This document shows positions 18,645 to 29,554 of a stretch of DNA of 64,000 nucleotides, in pieces (the first letter of the stretch is position 1; the number at the start of each line of letters is the position of its first letter). The stretch is taken from positions 124,001 through 188,000 of the IMG/VR virus record IMGVR_UViG_3300024308_000302; one strand, given 5' to 3'. The position numbers and the translations under genes were made by a program. The notes below the pieces were generated by a model. It worked only from the letters and a program-made list of their open reading frames with translations, had not been told where the DNA came from and searched no databases.

Positions 18645-19997
18645 TTAATTTGTAATTACTGCGTGAATCTTCTTCTTTTCAACATTTTCTGGATTTTCAT
18701 GGTCATGTTTTTCTGCTTCAACATGAGCATTATTTGGGTCTTCATCTTTATCAAACAAGAGATTAACCAACTTACCAACAGTCAAACCTTGAATCAGAAT
18801 GGAACCCAGTACAATCACATAAGTCAGCGGAAGCAGAATGTCTTTTTCAGGGCTTGGCGGAAGTGCCAGAACAAGAGCAATCGACACGCCACCACGTAGA
18901 CCACCCCAAGCCAACAATGCTGCACTACCTTTGCCAAAGCCTGTTTCTTTACGAATGCCTTTCATGACAGCCAAAGGCGGAATAACAGTAAGAAGACGGC
19001 TCAGAACCAGCACCACAAAGAGAGTTATAGCAATAACAACATGCAGAACCCCAAACTGTACAACCAAAAGTTCAAGACCAATCAGAGCGAACAACACCCC
19101 GTTCAAGAATTCATCAATTACATGCCAGAAACTATCAACTACACGGTGTGTATCGTCATTCATATGTTTGAATGGCTTGTAACCAAGGCAAAGACCAGCA
19201 ACAACAATTGCCAATGGAGAAGATACATGAATGAAGCTTGCAAGAGTAGCACCACCAACAACCATCATCAAAGTAACCATTACAGCAATGTGTGCTTCAT
19301 GAATAGTTTTAAGCAATCCAACAGTCAACATACCAAGAGCAAGACCATAAGCAATACCACCAACAGCTTCTTGCAAGAACAACATAGATACAGAGCTAAG
19401 GGTTGGTTCACCACCAGAAACAATCAAAGCGAACAAGATAGTAAAGGCAACGATAGCAGTACCATCATTAAACAGTGATTCACCTACAATCGTCACACGA
19501 AGGTTCTTAGGAGCACCAGCTTTGCGAAGAATACCCATAACAGCAATAGGGTCAGTAGGGCTAATCAATGCACCAAACAGGAAGCAATAAAGAATGTTAA
19601 CCTTGAAGTTAAGAGCAGTCAGAACCTGATACGTACAAAAGCCAATGACAACAGTTGCAATCAGAACACCCAAAGTAGCCAAGCCTGCAATAGCCCATTT
19701 ATGAGTTTTCAAATCACTTACGTTAACTGTCAAACATCCTGCAAAAAGCAATGCAGGCAGAATCCAGACCATCAACAATTCATGAAAATTAATCTTGGAA
19801 ATCATGTCAATTGCAGCTTCTTCCAAGAATGGATATCCAAGTTTGCTGGCAGTAAGGATGACAACACTCATCATCAGAGAGCCAAACATCACACCAATGG
19901 CATGTGGTAGTTTGAAAAATTTGTAATTTAGATATGTCATGAGAGTAGTAATGCTCATAAAGACAGCCACAACTGTCAACATTTGATCTGGTTTCAT
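18645..19997 (-). CDS. nhaP: Na+/H+ antiporter, CPA1 family
   Basis: LPALLFAG, ISPTDPIAV, GESLFNDG, WGGLRGGVSIAL; many TM segments. Confidence 0.92.
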   Translation of the reverse strand: MKPDQMLTVVAVFMSITTLMTYLNYKFFKLPHAIGVMFGSLMMSVVILTASKLGYPFLEEAAIDMISKINFHELLMVWILPALLFAGCLTVNVSDLKTHKWAIAGLATLGVLIATVVIGFCTYQVLTALNFKVNILYCFLFGALISPTDPIAVMGILRKAGAPKNLRVTIVGESLFNDGTAIVAFTILFALIVSGGEPTLSSVSMLFLQEAVGGIAYGLALGMLTVGLLKTIHEAHIAVMVTLMMVVGGATLASFIHVSSPLAIVVAGLCLGYKPFKHMNDDTHRVVDSFWHVIDEFLNGVLFALIGLELLVVQFGVLHVVIAITLFVVLVLSRLLTVIPPLAVMKGIRKETGFGKGSAALLAWGGLRGGVSIALVLALPPSPEKDILLPLTYVIVLGSILIQGLTVGKLVNLLFDKDEDPNNAHVEAEKHDHENPENVEKKKIHAVITN

Positions 19998-20125
19998 ATG
20001 TAGTCCTATTTAAGTGGTCGATTGATTTATAGGTAAATTATACAAAATGTGATTTCGCAATGCAACACTTTTTTGTCGCAGTTATAGAAAAATATTATAT
20101 TAAAATTTGCAATAATAGAAGAAAA

Positions 20126-20320
20126 TTACACCTTTTCTTCAACAATCCTGATAGGTATATCAAGGAACACCCAAGAACCATTAACAGACTTGATCCAAAC
20201 TGGTGCATCTGTACACATTTCATCGATTTCATCTTGTGTCATTTCGAGAAATGCTGGAGGTAAGCCAACCATATCTTCGTGGTTAGAAATGTATTCAACA
20301 TACTCATGATAAATGCTCAT
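20126..20320 (-). CDS. Small hypothetical protein
   Basis: GGGG SD, 64 aa. Confidence 0.6.
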   Translation of the reverse strand: MSIYHEYVEYISNHEDMVGLPPAFLEMTQDEIDEMCTDAPVWIKSVNGSWVFLDIPIRIVEEKV

Positions 20321-20510
20321 AAAACCCCCTACATAGTCAATAATAACATTTTATCAAATACGAGAAAAATAAGCAACAAAATTTCTCAAAGTGACTTTAT
20401 AATGTTATAATAGTTCTTAAAATGTAAAAAATAAAACATGACAACAAAATGTAATTAAAGACAAGTTGAATTAAAAATAAAAAAGCCTTGATTACTCAAG
20501 GCTTCTTTTT

Positions 20511-20759
20511 TTAGACCTTACGAATGACAATGTAGTCGTCGTAATCACCAGCGTCATAGAGGTCATAGGTGAGACAGCGAGTATGAATCTTCTCGGCCTC
20601 AATCACAATGTCTTCAAAATTGGTGTCAGCACCCCACTTTTCTTTAGTAAGCTCAATGATTTGAGCAAGAGAGTAGTTGGCAGAAGATAACAGATACATT
20701 GTGTTCGCATCATTGTCTGGTTCATAGTTAGTAATCGAACCATTGCGAGTATAACCCAT
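20511..20759 (-). CDS. Phage hypothetical protein
   Basis: Start revised to MGYTR; IHTRCLTYDLYD. Confidence 0.75.
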   Translation of the reverse strand: MGYTRNGSITNYEPDNDANTMYLLSSANYSLAQIIELTKEKWGADTNFEDIVIEAEKIHTRCLTYDLYDAGDYDDYIVIRKV

Positions 20760-20825
20760 TTTATAAGCTTCCTGTTTGGTTTGTGTGTGAGAATTATACC
20801 TGAAAATCAAACTATCATCAAGCTT

Positions 20826-21428
20826 TTAAAACACCATCATTTTAAAAATCTCAAGACGTTCTGTAAATGACTCTGAATTGAAATCATACACACCGTATTC
20901 AAAAAATTCAGGAAACAACTGTCCAACATCATCGTTTTTACTACTGGTGTATAATTTTGCATACAAAAATAAGATTTCGTTACCAGTAAAATCAAAATTG
21001 TGAAAATCAGAGCCATAAGAAGTTACAAAATCTTGTTTAGTCACTTCAAAATTAGCATTCATTTCTGTTCTTGAAATGAGATATGGAGGCTTATTGACTG
21101 GAGTTAAATTTGAAAAAAACAAATAAGTTGGTTCAAAATCATTAATGAACTTTATTGTCATCTTCGCACTTGGAGTGTCCATAAACTTCAAAGGATTAAA
21201 GTTGACTTTAAACCTTAATGGTTCTTTAGGAACAGCATTGACTTTTGGACAAGCAGGGCGATTAAAGTGGCTGAAAATTCGTTCAGCCGCTTCATTGTTT
21301 TTTGAAATAATATATTCATCGACATAAGAAATTGATTCAACAGAATCAGAATCTTGCTCATGATAGGAAGATATTGCCTGAGTTAGTGAACGATTGGAAT
21401 TATCCCAATACATATCAGTGAGCCTCAA
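20826..21428 (-). CDS. Hypothetical protein, C-terminal motif family
   Basis: Ends FPEFFEYGVYDF...LEIFKMMVF. Confidence 0.75.
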   Translation of the reverse strand: MRLTDMYWDNSNRSLTQAISSYHEQDSDSVESISYVDEYIISKNNEAAERIFSHFNRPACPKVNAVPKEPLRFKVNFNPLKFMDTPSAKMTIKFINDFEPTYLFFSNLTPVNKPPYLISRTEMNANFEVTKQDFVTSYGSDFHNFDFTGNEILFLYAKLYTSSKNDDVGQLFPEFFEYGVYDFNSESFTERLEIFKMMVF

Positions 21429-21751
21429 AGTTTTCGAAAATCATTAAAAGTAAATTCTTGTTTTGCATCATTCCCAATTGTAACCGAAAGGATTTCATCA
21501 GAAAAATCGCAGAAATAAGATGCAACACGGACACTATTTTCGTCACGAATAGTCAAACTTGCCCAAGAAATCTCATCACTAAAATCTTTAAATTCGAAAG
21601 AATTCTTTTTTTCTGGGCAGAGATAAGTTTTAATGTTACTTTCAAGACCAGCAATGAATGGATGATTAGCATTGTGATAACGAGCAACAGCTTCTTTCAG
21701 TGACTGAATAAAATCATTCATCGAAGCTTGATTGGTATGTACACTGTCCAT
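21425..21751 (-). CDS. Hypothetical protein
   Basis: GAGG SD. Confidence 0.7.
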   Translation of the reverse strand: MDSVHTNQASMNDFIQSLKEAVARYHNANHPFIAGLESNIKTYLCPEKKNSFEFKDFSDEISWASLTIRDENSVRVASYFCDFSDEILSVTIGNDAKQEFTFNDFRKL

Positions 21752-21827
21752 TGCTTAAACCTCAACTGTTTTAAAGTAGATTGATTTTAGCAAAAAAGTC
21801 AAAATAAAGCAAGCCATTTTGAGAAGA

Positions 21828-22472
21828 CTAATAATTAGCGAATCTCAACAATTCAAGTCTCTGTTGTATATCATTACTCTCAAATACCCAAGCACCATGA
21901 TTATGATATTCTGGAAAAATCTCTTTCATGAATGGATTGTTATAATTAACAAATAGTTCAATAAGTATTAACTCATCTTTAAAATTGGCAATCATAGACT
22001 GATCTTTTGTCAATAAAAAATTAAAAACAGAATCAGTTGAATATTCACGCCTCCAATATCGATAAGAAATAGAAATCAAATTACATTTTGAATCGAATTC
22101 TAAACATAAAGGTTGACGAATATAGCATAAACTATTTTCAAAAGATACTATAGTTGAAATTGAATAAGTATTTACTTCATCATTTTTAATAAATACTTTA
22201 TGTTCATTGTTAATTAGACCAAAAGACTCAATAACTGGAATTATATTTGGTGGACTTTTCAATATATATGAAGAACCAACATCAGAAGAGTTAATTATAA
22301 GTGGCAATCGATAATCAAATTTATCACAAAAAGAAATTTGATATCGGTCAGAAAATTTAATATGAAAATCTTTTATAAGATCAATGGCTTTGAAAGAATT
22401 ATTTAACTCTTTTGGCGGTATATTATGCACAGATTTTTTATATTTCTGATACATAGAAGAAATAGTTAGCAT
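21828..22472 (-). CDS. Hypothetical protein, C-terminal motif family
   Basis: Ends FPEYHNHGAWVF...LELLRFANY, TAG stop. Confidence 0.75.
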   Translation of the reverse strand: MLTISSMYQKYKKSVHNIPPKELNNSFKAIDLIKDFHIKFSDRYQISFCDKFDYRLPLIINSSDVGSSYILKSPPNIIPVIESFGLINNEHKVFIKNDEVNTYSISTIVSFENSLCYIRQPLCLEFDSKCNLISISYRYWRREYSTDSVFNFLLTKDQSMIANFKDELILIELFVNYNNPFMKEIFPEYHNHGAWVFESNDIQQRLELLRFANY

Positions 22473-22607
22473 ATTAAGCCCTTTAAATTTCTATTAAAAT
22501 ATTATAAAAATAGTGATTATAGCACCATATATCAAAAAAATAAAGTGCCATCATAGAAAAATAAAAAATATGTGTTATGATTACTGCAAGTAATTGGAGG
22601 ATTAATC

Positions 22608-22886
22608 ATGAATAAATGTGTAGCAATCAGAATGTTTATTGATAAGGATGATCAATCTAAATTAAATGTCTACAATAGTAATGGAAACTTATATTGCATA
22701 GACAAAGAAAATAGAGTCCATAAATTAAGGGCTGAAAAACATAGTTCCTATGTTGAAGAGGAACTGAGAGAACTTGCAATAAAACATAACTTACGTGAAA
22801 TTGGCACAAGAGTTGTTGATGTTAAGATTTTAAATGAATGTGATGGAAAAGAATATAATCTTGTTGATTACTTAGATCAAATTTAA
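22608..22886 (+). CDS. Hypothetical protein
   Basis: GGAGG SD; terminator downstream. Confidence 0.75.
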   Translation: MNKCVAIRMFIDKDDQSKLNVYNSNGNLYCIDKENRVHKLRAEKHSSYVEEELRELAIKHNLREIGTRVVDVKILNECDGKEYNLVDYLDQI

Positions 22887-22977
22887 AATATAAGTAAAGA
22901 AACAAAAGACGCTGAAGCGTCTTTTTTAATTTGCAGTAAATAAGTGCAATGATACAATTGAAAAAAATGGAGAAATT

Positions 22978-23583
22978 ATGTTTATCAAAAGTATATTGAG
23001 AAGTGTAATAATAGTATCAAGTTTAATGACACAAATAGCATATGCAGATAATAGCATCAAATCAGGAACCTATGAATTTGTTAAATTAGTAGTAACACCA
23101 GAGAAAAAAATACAAGGTGTGTTTCTTGAAGAATTTGGAGTAGGAGTGAACATAAGCTGTAGTTTCAATTTTGAAGGTCAGCTAACAGATAAGAAAGTAA
23201 CCAAATTAAGAACATGGGGCAGTGAAGACATAGACGGATCTATTGAAAGAGTAGGCGACGGCATTGTTAAATTAAAAGTAAATGGTGATCACCCCGGCTG
23301 TATGGGCTTGTCTGGAAACTTCTTGAAAGAAGGCATGGACATTAAACTAGATGAAAGTAAGAAATGGATACGATTTGCTGCTATAAGCAAAGATAAAGTC
23401 TATTTAAGCAAAGCAGATAATAAAGATATCAAAAGTAAAGTCTACATTATAAAAGATAATGTCTTTGCAATATTGAAAGAAGAAGGTGATAAAGTGTTTA
23501 TTGAATATATAAATCATAATGCCAAATCATTTAAAGGCTGGATAAATAAATCTGACTATAAAGATTTTAAAGACTCAATATAA
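22978..23583 (+). CDS. Secreted protein with C-terminal SH3b-like GWI motif
   Basis: Signal peptide ending AYA; FKGWI. Confidence 0.7.
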   Translation: MFIKSILRSVIIVSSLMTQIAYADNSIKSGTYEFVKLVVTPEKKIQGVFLEEFGVGVNISCSFNFEGQLTDKKVTKLRTWGSEDIDGSIERVGDGIVKLKVNGDHPGCMGLSGNFLKEGMDIKLDESKKWIRFAAISKDKVYLSKADNKDIKSKVYIIKDNVFAILKEEGDKVFIEYINHNAKSFKGWINKSDYKDFKDSI

Positions 23584-23643
23584 GAAAAATAAAAGGAGCT
23601 TCGGCTCCTTTTTTAATATCAAGAATATAAAGATATATCCTCT

Positions 23644-24393
23644 TTAAAGAAGAGCCATTTCAACAATATCTGAATACATAGAAATATTTTCATTATTCAA
23701 TTCATAAAGTGGAAAATCAATATCAGAGTAACTTGAATTATTGATTAGAGACATAATATCTGGATAAAGATAATATTGTAATACAAGCCAGAATGCTTTG
23801 TTCCAATAAGTTTTAGAAAATTTACTTAAATGAATCGAAACTTTGTGTTGAGAATTTAAATTAAAGACAACATCTTTTAAATTGAAGTTTAAATCAAAAA
23901 TAAAATCATAGTCAACATATACATTATGAGGCTGAGTAGGTCTAAATTTCATGCATATAATTGAATCTGTTGGTTTCATATAAACAACAAAACTTGTCAC
24001 TGTTGAATTATAAGCCAATTGATTTAGAATATTATCATCAAATTCTTTAAACATATTATTGCGACATTTTATGAACCAATCATGTTTCAAAAAACAATAA
24101 TAATTTTGATTTTTAAAATCTTCAAAGCGAACAAGTGCTTTATAGATAAATGAAATATGATGGCTGACATTCAAAACAAATGATGATTCGCCATTAGGAT
24201 CAATATAATGTTTAAATAGAATTCTTTTAACAGAACTCTTGTCAAAACAAATCTTATCATTCTGAATATAAATGAGCCTTGACGATTCTTCAAATTTTTC
24301 TGGTGTAACAGAAGACTTTATCGCTGAATATAAATCATACACCAGTGGTTTATTAAGCTCATAAATAGCTTTTGCAGATAGCTTCTTTGTCAT
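23644..24393 (-). CDS. Hypothetical protein, C-terminal motif family; paralog of 24461..25189
   Basis: VKRILFK...NGE...HDWFIK...FDLNFN; ends DIVEMALL. Confidence 0.78.
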   Translation of the reverse strand: MTKKLSAKAIYELNKPLVYDLYSAIKSSVTPEKFEESSRLIYIQNDKICFDKSSVKRILFKHYIDPNGESSFVLNVSHHISFIYKALVRFEDFKNQNYYCFLKHDWFIKCRNNMFKEFDDNILNQLAYNSTVTSFVVYMKPTDSIICMKFRPTQPHNVYVDYDFIFDLNFNLKDVVFNLNSQHKVSIHLSKFSKTYWNKAFWLVLQYYLYPDIMSLINNSSYSDIDFPLYELNNENISMYSDIVEMALL

Positions 24394-24460
24394 AGTGATA
24401 ACCTAAATTTGATCTTTCAAATATATATCAAAATAAAAATTTATTTATATCGGATATAAA

Positions 24461-25189
24461 TCAACAACTTTTGTTCATACCAACAAGTTCATAACAGTCA
24501 GACAAATTGGTATCTTTAATGTATTCTCTAAAAGGTACTTCATTAGTAGAGATAGCTTCATCTAAAGCCATCTTAACATCAACATCTGTATAATAATTAA
24601 ACAAAACATAGAATGCTTGAATTCTGTTTTCAACTGTGAACTTTTTTAAATCTTCAATTTGATAACGATCATTATGAAATGGAGCTTGAAATTCAACATC
24701 AATGTAATTGAAATCCAAATCAAATTTAACTTGATAATGAACATTACGCTTCGAAACATATGAGTGCTTAGAGAAACACATAACAATATTTTGAGTAGTA
24801 TCATTCATTCGAATATAGAAATCAATAAGAACAGAAGTCATCATTTCTTCGAGAAGAAATGCACCTAACTGGTCTTTCATCTTTTTCCGACCTGATTTAA
24901 ACCAAGGATGCTGCAGCACAAACTTCTCATCATCAGTCAAATTTGAAAAATCAGAACGAATTAAAACCGCACAAAAATTATGCTTGCTTTTTTCGATATC
25001 AAGGCCAAAACAAGCATCACCATTATGTGCAGCAACATACTTAAATAAAGTTCGTTCAACATTATTTTGTTTAAAAAGAATGGTATTTCGTTTCATGAAA
25101 ATATTTGGATGACCATCATCAGAGTCAATTGATGCAACAATTGTGTCATACAATGTTTTAGCAAATGTTTTATTTTTCATGATAAACAC
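24461..25189 (-). CDS. Hypothetical protein, C-terminal motif family
   Basis: VERTLFK...NGD...HPWFK...FDLDFN; ends ELVGMNKSC. Confidence 0.78.
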   Translation of the reverse strand: MFIMKNKTFAKTLYDTIVASIDSDDGHPNIFMKRNTILFKQNNVERTLFKYVAAHNGDACFGLDIEKSKHNFCAVLIRSDFSNLTDDEKFVLQHPWFKSGRKKMKDQLGAFLLEEMMTSVLIDFYIRMNDTTQNIVMCFSKHSYVSKRNVHYQVKFDLDFNYIDVEFQAPFHNDRYQIEDLKKFTVENRIQAFYVLFNYYTDVDVKMALDEAISTNEVPFREYIKDTNLSDCYELVGMNKSC

Positions 25190-25227
25190 CCTATAAATTT
25201 TACCTATTATATCATAAATACAATAAA

Positions 25228-25986
25228 TTATAAAGAATTATTAGGAATAATATCTTCAATATTAACTTCAATAAGCTGTTCATCAACTACATTATAAATA
25301 GTTTTGATGTAACTGCTAAGATGCTCAAGATCATGGTAAAACTCAACAACATACCAGTCTGGTTTGGGTACATCCTTTGCAACTCTATTGATTTGGTCAA
25401 TGCAGTATTTCATTTCTCGATGATGCTGAAAACTGTAAGTGTTACATTTATAAAGGTTGGCATGTTTTTTATTGCCTTCACGTTTTAACTCGTGAACAAG
25501 ATTATCTCTTGAAGTGACTGCCATTTGAAGTTCACAATATTTACCATCAATCGTATATTTATTATTTTCTTCATCAGGTGTGAATTTCAAATAAATAGTA
25601 GACGCTTTTTTAGGATTAAATGTTTCTCCAAAGAACAAAGAAGCAAAGAAAAGACCTTCATAGGAGTTTTTAAAAGTAAAATCAGCTAGAAAAGTTTTAA
25701 GATTATCAATGTCTCTCTGAGATAATCCATCTTCTAAATATGTACTATCTGAGTCTTTCCAAGAATCACGCCAAAATGGATTGGTAAAATCGAAAACAAT
25801 GCTTTTGAAAGAATAACGTGGGTTTTTCGTATCAATAAAAAGAGAAAAACGATTGGAAGTAGACTGAGCAAAATAACAATCTACAATGTTGCTTTCTGGA
25901 TGGTTGATGATTTCTTTCAAACGGGATAGAAATTCATGATGTTTAGTTAAATCAGTATAAAAAGAAACGCGGTTGTCAGAATACAT
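25228..25986 (-). CDS. Hypothetical protein
   Basis: Start revised to MYSDN (GAGGTG SD). Confidence 0.75.
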   Translation of the reverse strand: MYSDNRVSFYTDLTKHHEFLSRLKEIINHPESNIVDCYFAQSTSNRFSLFIDTKNPRYSFKSIVFDFTNPFWRDSWKDSDSTYLEDGLSQRDIDNLKTFLADFTFKNSYEGLFFASLFFGETFNPKKASTIYLKFTPDEENNKYTIDGKYCELQMAVTSRDNLVHELKREGNKKHANLYKCNTYSFQHHREMKYCIDQINRVAKDVPKPDWYVVEFYHDLEHLSSYIKTIYNVVDEQLIEVNIEDIIPNNSL

Positions 25987-26255
25987 AATAACACCTCTTA
26001 ATAATAATTGAATAATAATACAAAAGTTGCTAAATTTTGTCAAATGATATGAGATTAAGAGCTTGAATGTTATTTAGATAAAAGAGAAATCAATAAAAAA
26101 TCATTTTCAAAACATTTTTTTCGCAATTATAATAATCATGAATGTTTAAAATAAAACGAGATAAAGTTTTAAATTTAAAAAAAGTAAACATATTTGACAA
26201 CAATTAAAACAAAAGATATTTTATAAAAGTTTACTTAATAAATAATGGAGAATTT

Positions 26256-26726
26256 ATGTTAAAAACAATACTGGCTACAACATTATCAATATTAGCTTTA
26301 TCATCACATGCTGACACAGTAATATCACCAAAACCTGAAAATATTTATCTTTTTGATATTAAAGATAAAGAAAAGACTTTTGAAGGGACATATGCAATAG
26401 GTTTAGACGAAAATGTATTATTAAAATGCGACAATAAGAACAAAGTACCAGATGAAATTGATTATAGTTGTAAATTTGATTTAAAAACTGACAATAATTT
26501 TAATATAAACAATGAAGCTATAACAGGAGTTCAAATATTATTGATACCAACAGTGATTGAAAAAGATGTATTAAGAACTAACATTGTATATAGACAAAGG
26601 ATTGATCAAACACATTCCATAAATTCTGTTATGGTAGACCAACAATTGAAATTAAACAAAAAGAATGAAATAAAATTAACAGATGATAATAATCTTTACA
26701 TTACTGTTAAAAAAGAAAAATATTAA
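26256..26726 (+). CDS. Secreted hypothetical protein
   Basis: Signal peptide ending SHA; GGAG SD. Confidence 0.75.
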   Translation: MLKTILATTLSILALSSHADTVISPKPENIYLFDIKDKEKTFEGTYAIGLDENVLLKCDNKNKVPDEIDYSCKFDLKTDNNFNINNEAITGVQILLIPTVIEKDVLRTNIVYRQRIDQTHSINSVMVDQQLKLNKKNEIKLTDDNNLYITVKKEKY

Positions 26727-26774
26727 TATAAAAAAAGCACCATCAAGGTGCTTTGTTATACAGCGAAGAATACT

Positions 26775-27542
26775 TTAAATTTTGGACATATCCAGTAAAT
26801 CAACCAAATCTTTAAAGCTCATACCTTTACCATCAAATGCTTCTCTATTTTTTTGCTCGATCAACATTGAAAGAAAGTCATTCAGATAAGCATCCAATTG
26901 GGTATCAAGTTTCAATACAGCATTCTTTTCAAAGAAATCATTATAACTGTTAGATGCATCAGTAACAATATTCGCAACTTTATTGTCAACATCAAAACCA
27001 ACTGCAAAACGAACTTGTTGTCTACTGGAAAGACAAAGAGCAATCAAACCTTTCAGTTTGGTATTATCTGATTCATCTTCAAAGTGCCAGTCAAACTGAA
27101 TACCACAGCTAAAAGACTTTTTGCTAAATTTTGGCTGCATGACAAACGATACAGAGTCTTCAACTTCATATTCACCAGAAGGCTCATGAAGATCAGGTTT
27201 CAAAATGCTTTCAAAGCTGACAGGTTTGATAGGTTCGAACAACTCCTTGAATGAAGGATGTTCGTTAACTTCGAGCAGGAAGTCATTCAGCATTTCAAAT
27301 TGAGCACGATTGACATTATCAAGACCAAAAATTGGTGCAATCGTTTCGTAGTGCTCTTTGTTGATGGTAAGACGATAGATCGAAGTACCCACAACGTTAA
27401 AAATAAGTTTAGAATTTTTTTCTTCACCAACAGTCACATAAAAATCACTACAGTAATCTTTGAACGTGTGTTCATCGTTAGGAAAATGGAAATTCAAGAA
27501 ATCCTGAATTCGTGCTTTGAATTTTTCTTGATGTTCGTTCAT
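26775..27542 (-). CDS. Hypothetical protein, C-terminal motif family
   Basis: Ends VDLLDMSKI. Confidence 0.78.
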   Translation of the reverse strand: MNEHQEKFKARIQDFLNFHFPNDEHTFKDYCSDFYVTVGEEKNSKLIFNVVGTSIYRLTINKEHYETIAPIFGLDNVNRAQFEMLNDFLLEVNEHPSFKELFEPIKPVSFESILKPDLHEPSGEYEVEDSVSFVMQPKFSKKSFSCGIQFDWHFEDESDNTKLKGLIALCLSSRQQVRFAVGFDVDNKVANIVTDASNSYNDFFEKNAVLKLDTQLDAYLNDFLSMLIEQKNREAFDGKGMSFKDLVDLLDMSKI

Positions 27543-27723
27543 AACAATTTACCATTGATGGATAGGAATGGCAGTATTATACCAAAAAAAGGGTTCGTAG
27601 ACAAGTTAATTTGTGACAAATGATAATTTGAAAATCTTGATTATGTTTTTTAATGACTTATAGTCACACTATAACGAGAAAGAAAAAAGAGGCTGGTGCC
27701 TCTTTTATTAGTAAAAACTTTAT

Positions 27724-28470
27724 TTAAGGAATTTTAAAGATGTCTAAATAATTTGAAATAACAATATCATCTGAAATAATCACATCACCATTTGAAAGAT
27801 CAATAAATAGTTCTTTGTCAGAACTTGTTTTTCCAAAATTAAACTTTGTAGTAACAGAATTATTTATCGTTCTTAAATAATCAAAGCCATAAATAAAATC
27901 AATGGTATCACAATATTTAATATTCTTATAAACATAAGTAATATGTATATGGTTAATACCATATTTAACAATACTCAAAAAATCAGCCAAAATTGGACTG
28001 TTAATATGATTAAGCGAACAGATTTCGTTATCAGTAAACTTAAATATGACACATTCATCATCTTCGTCATTTTCTGACAGACAGTTAATTAACTCTGAAA
28101 GAGGCATAGATAGTTCAGAAAAATGATAGAAGTTTATTTCACCACAATAATAAACTAATCCAGTGTCAGCATTAAAAACAAAATAATCGCCGCCAATGTC
28201 TGTTGCAAAAATAAAAGAATTATTAGGCATTGATGGAAGTTTATCACGCAATATTTGTGTTTGATATGATTTTGTCTCTTTTAGTATAGATTTAGCATTT
28301 AAAATCTCATAAACAGAAACAATATTTTCTTTGGCATTAAAAACAAAACTAATGTCAGGACTTAAATAATAGCCTGAATTCATTTTGTTAAAGATTTTCT
28401 CATCATCTACATTAATTGAAATATTAAGAGATTTTTTAATTTTATCTAATTTAATCAAATTTTCCACCAT
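27724..28470 (-). CDS. SMI1/KNR4 (SUKH) immunity protein, probably duplicated domain
   Basis: NSGY...FATDIGGDYFVFN...GLVYY; overlaps the toxin stop codon. Confidence 0.75.
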   Translation of the reverse strand: MVENLIKLDKIKKSLNISINVDDEKIFNKMNSGYYLSPDISFVFNAKENIVSVYEILNAKSILKETKSYQTQILRDKLPSMPNNSFIFATDIGGDYFVFNADTGLVYYCGEINFYHFSELSMPLSELINCLSENDEDDECVIFKFTDNEICSLNHINSPILADFLSIVKYGINHIHITYVYKNIKYCDTIDFIYGFDYLRTINNSVTTKFNFGKTSSDKELFIDLSNGDVIISDDIVISNYLDIFKIP

Positions 28471-29116
28471 TATTAAAAACTGCTTGACCACCAGTATGTT
28501 TTACTTCATCATGTATCTTTCGAGGTACTAATTGCATAGTTTTACCATTTTCATGATGATGCCACGTATAACCTTTTGGAGTTTTCGAAAAACCAGCTTG
28601 CTTGTTTGCAAGAGCAAAGTCTTTAGCTCTAACACCTGTCAGTTGAATATCAACTTGCTTAATTGAAACTTTAGAAAAATCAGGAAAACCTTGTGGTGTA
28701 AATTTTATACCACTTGGATGAACTTGTCCAGCATATTTACTATTTATTGGAGCACGTCCACCAATAGTCGGAATAAGAGACGGAGGGCCAGTTGCAGGCG
28801 GTTTTGTTACTATTGTTTTAGGAACATTAATATTCTGAACTTTAGAAAGAAATTGCTGAGATTCATTTTTTAAATTCGCATATTTTGGATTAGCAACTAT
28901 TTTTGATAAATTATCAACTGCTTTTTGTTTTAAAGCAGGATTTTTAATAATGTTATTAACAACAGTTGATTGTAATTTAGGATTCTTAATTGCCGAAACA
29001 AGAATTTTAGTACCAACCAATAATGCAATTTTACTTTTAATACCAGCCTCTGCTAAACTCATATTCAGAATAAGCAAAGAAGATAAAAAACTTGCTATTA
29101 ATAATTTAAATTTCAT
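28451..29116 (-). CDS. Secreted HNH/EndoVII-fold nuclease toxin, WHH family
   Basis: Signal peptide; GFPDFS...DFALAN...GYTWHHHENGKTMQLVPRKIH...HTGG. Confidence 0.88.
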   Translation of the reverse strand: MKFKLLIASFLSSLLILNMSLAEAGIKSKIALLVGTKILVSAIKNPKLQSTVVNNIIKNPALKQKAVDNLSKIVANPKYANLKNESQQFLSKVQNINVPKTIVTKPPATGPPSLIPTIGGRAPINSKYAGQVHPSGIKFTPQGFPDFSKVSIKQVDIQLTGVRAKDFALANKQAGFSKTPKGYTWHHHENGKTMQLVPRKIHDEVKHTGGQAVFNNGGKFD

Positions 29117-29179
29117 AGTATCCCTTAATAAAATATTAGAATAATACTGTAAAAAGGGGGAATGTCAACTGATGAAAAT

Positions 29180-29204
29180 AAAAAAAGAGGCCGAAGCCTC
29201 TTTT
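29180..29204 (-). terminator. Intrinsic terminator
   Basis: AAAAGAGGC-TTCG-GCCTCTTTTTT. Confidence 0.85.
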
Positions 29205-29218
29205 ATGAAATCTGGAAT

Positions 29219-29428
29219 TTAATCCAGTTTGATTTTTTTGAACAGCAACGAAGTGCTGACGCTCATGATTCGACCCATTCCCTTGATGGTCAAAGCCTCA
29301 GTATCGAGTAGGGCGACCATGTAAACACTCAGACTTTGAAAGTGCTGATGTGCTTTCGATGGTTCATTCTCATGCTTGATAGCGTTGAGGAAAGAACGAA
29401 TACGTTTACGGCAAGTTTGGTTGGCCAT
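29219..29428 (-). CDS. Hypothetical protein
   Basis: Start revised to MANQ (GGAG SD). Confidence 0.7.
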   Translation of the reverse strand: MANQTCRKRIRSFLNAIKHENEPSKAHQHFQSLSVYMVALLDTEALTIKGMGRIMSVSTSLLFKKIKLD

Positions 29429-29554
29429 TCTCAAATCTCCATTATTGGCAAACAAAATTGTTAAAAATGATTAGGAAGCATCGCTAGACATAATGTTGTC
29501 TCCTTATTCTATTAAGCAAAGTGTACTATAAATGAACATCAAAAACAAGCTATT

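Noticed and set aside
18663-19910. Several + strand ORFs inside nhaP
   Set aside because: Antisense shadows of a well-supported gene
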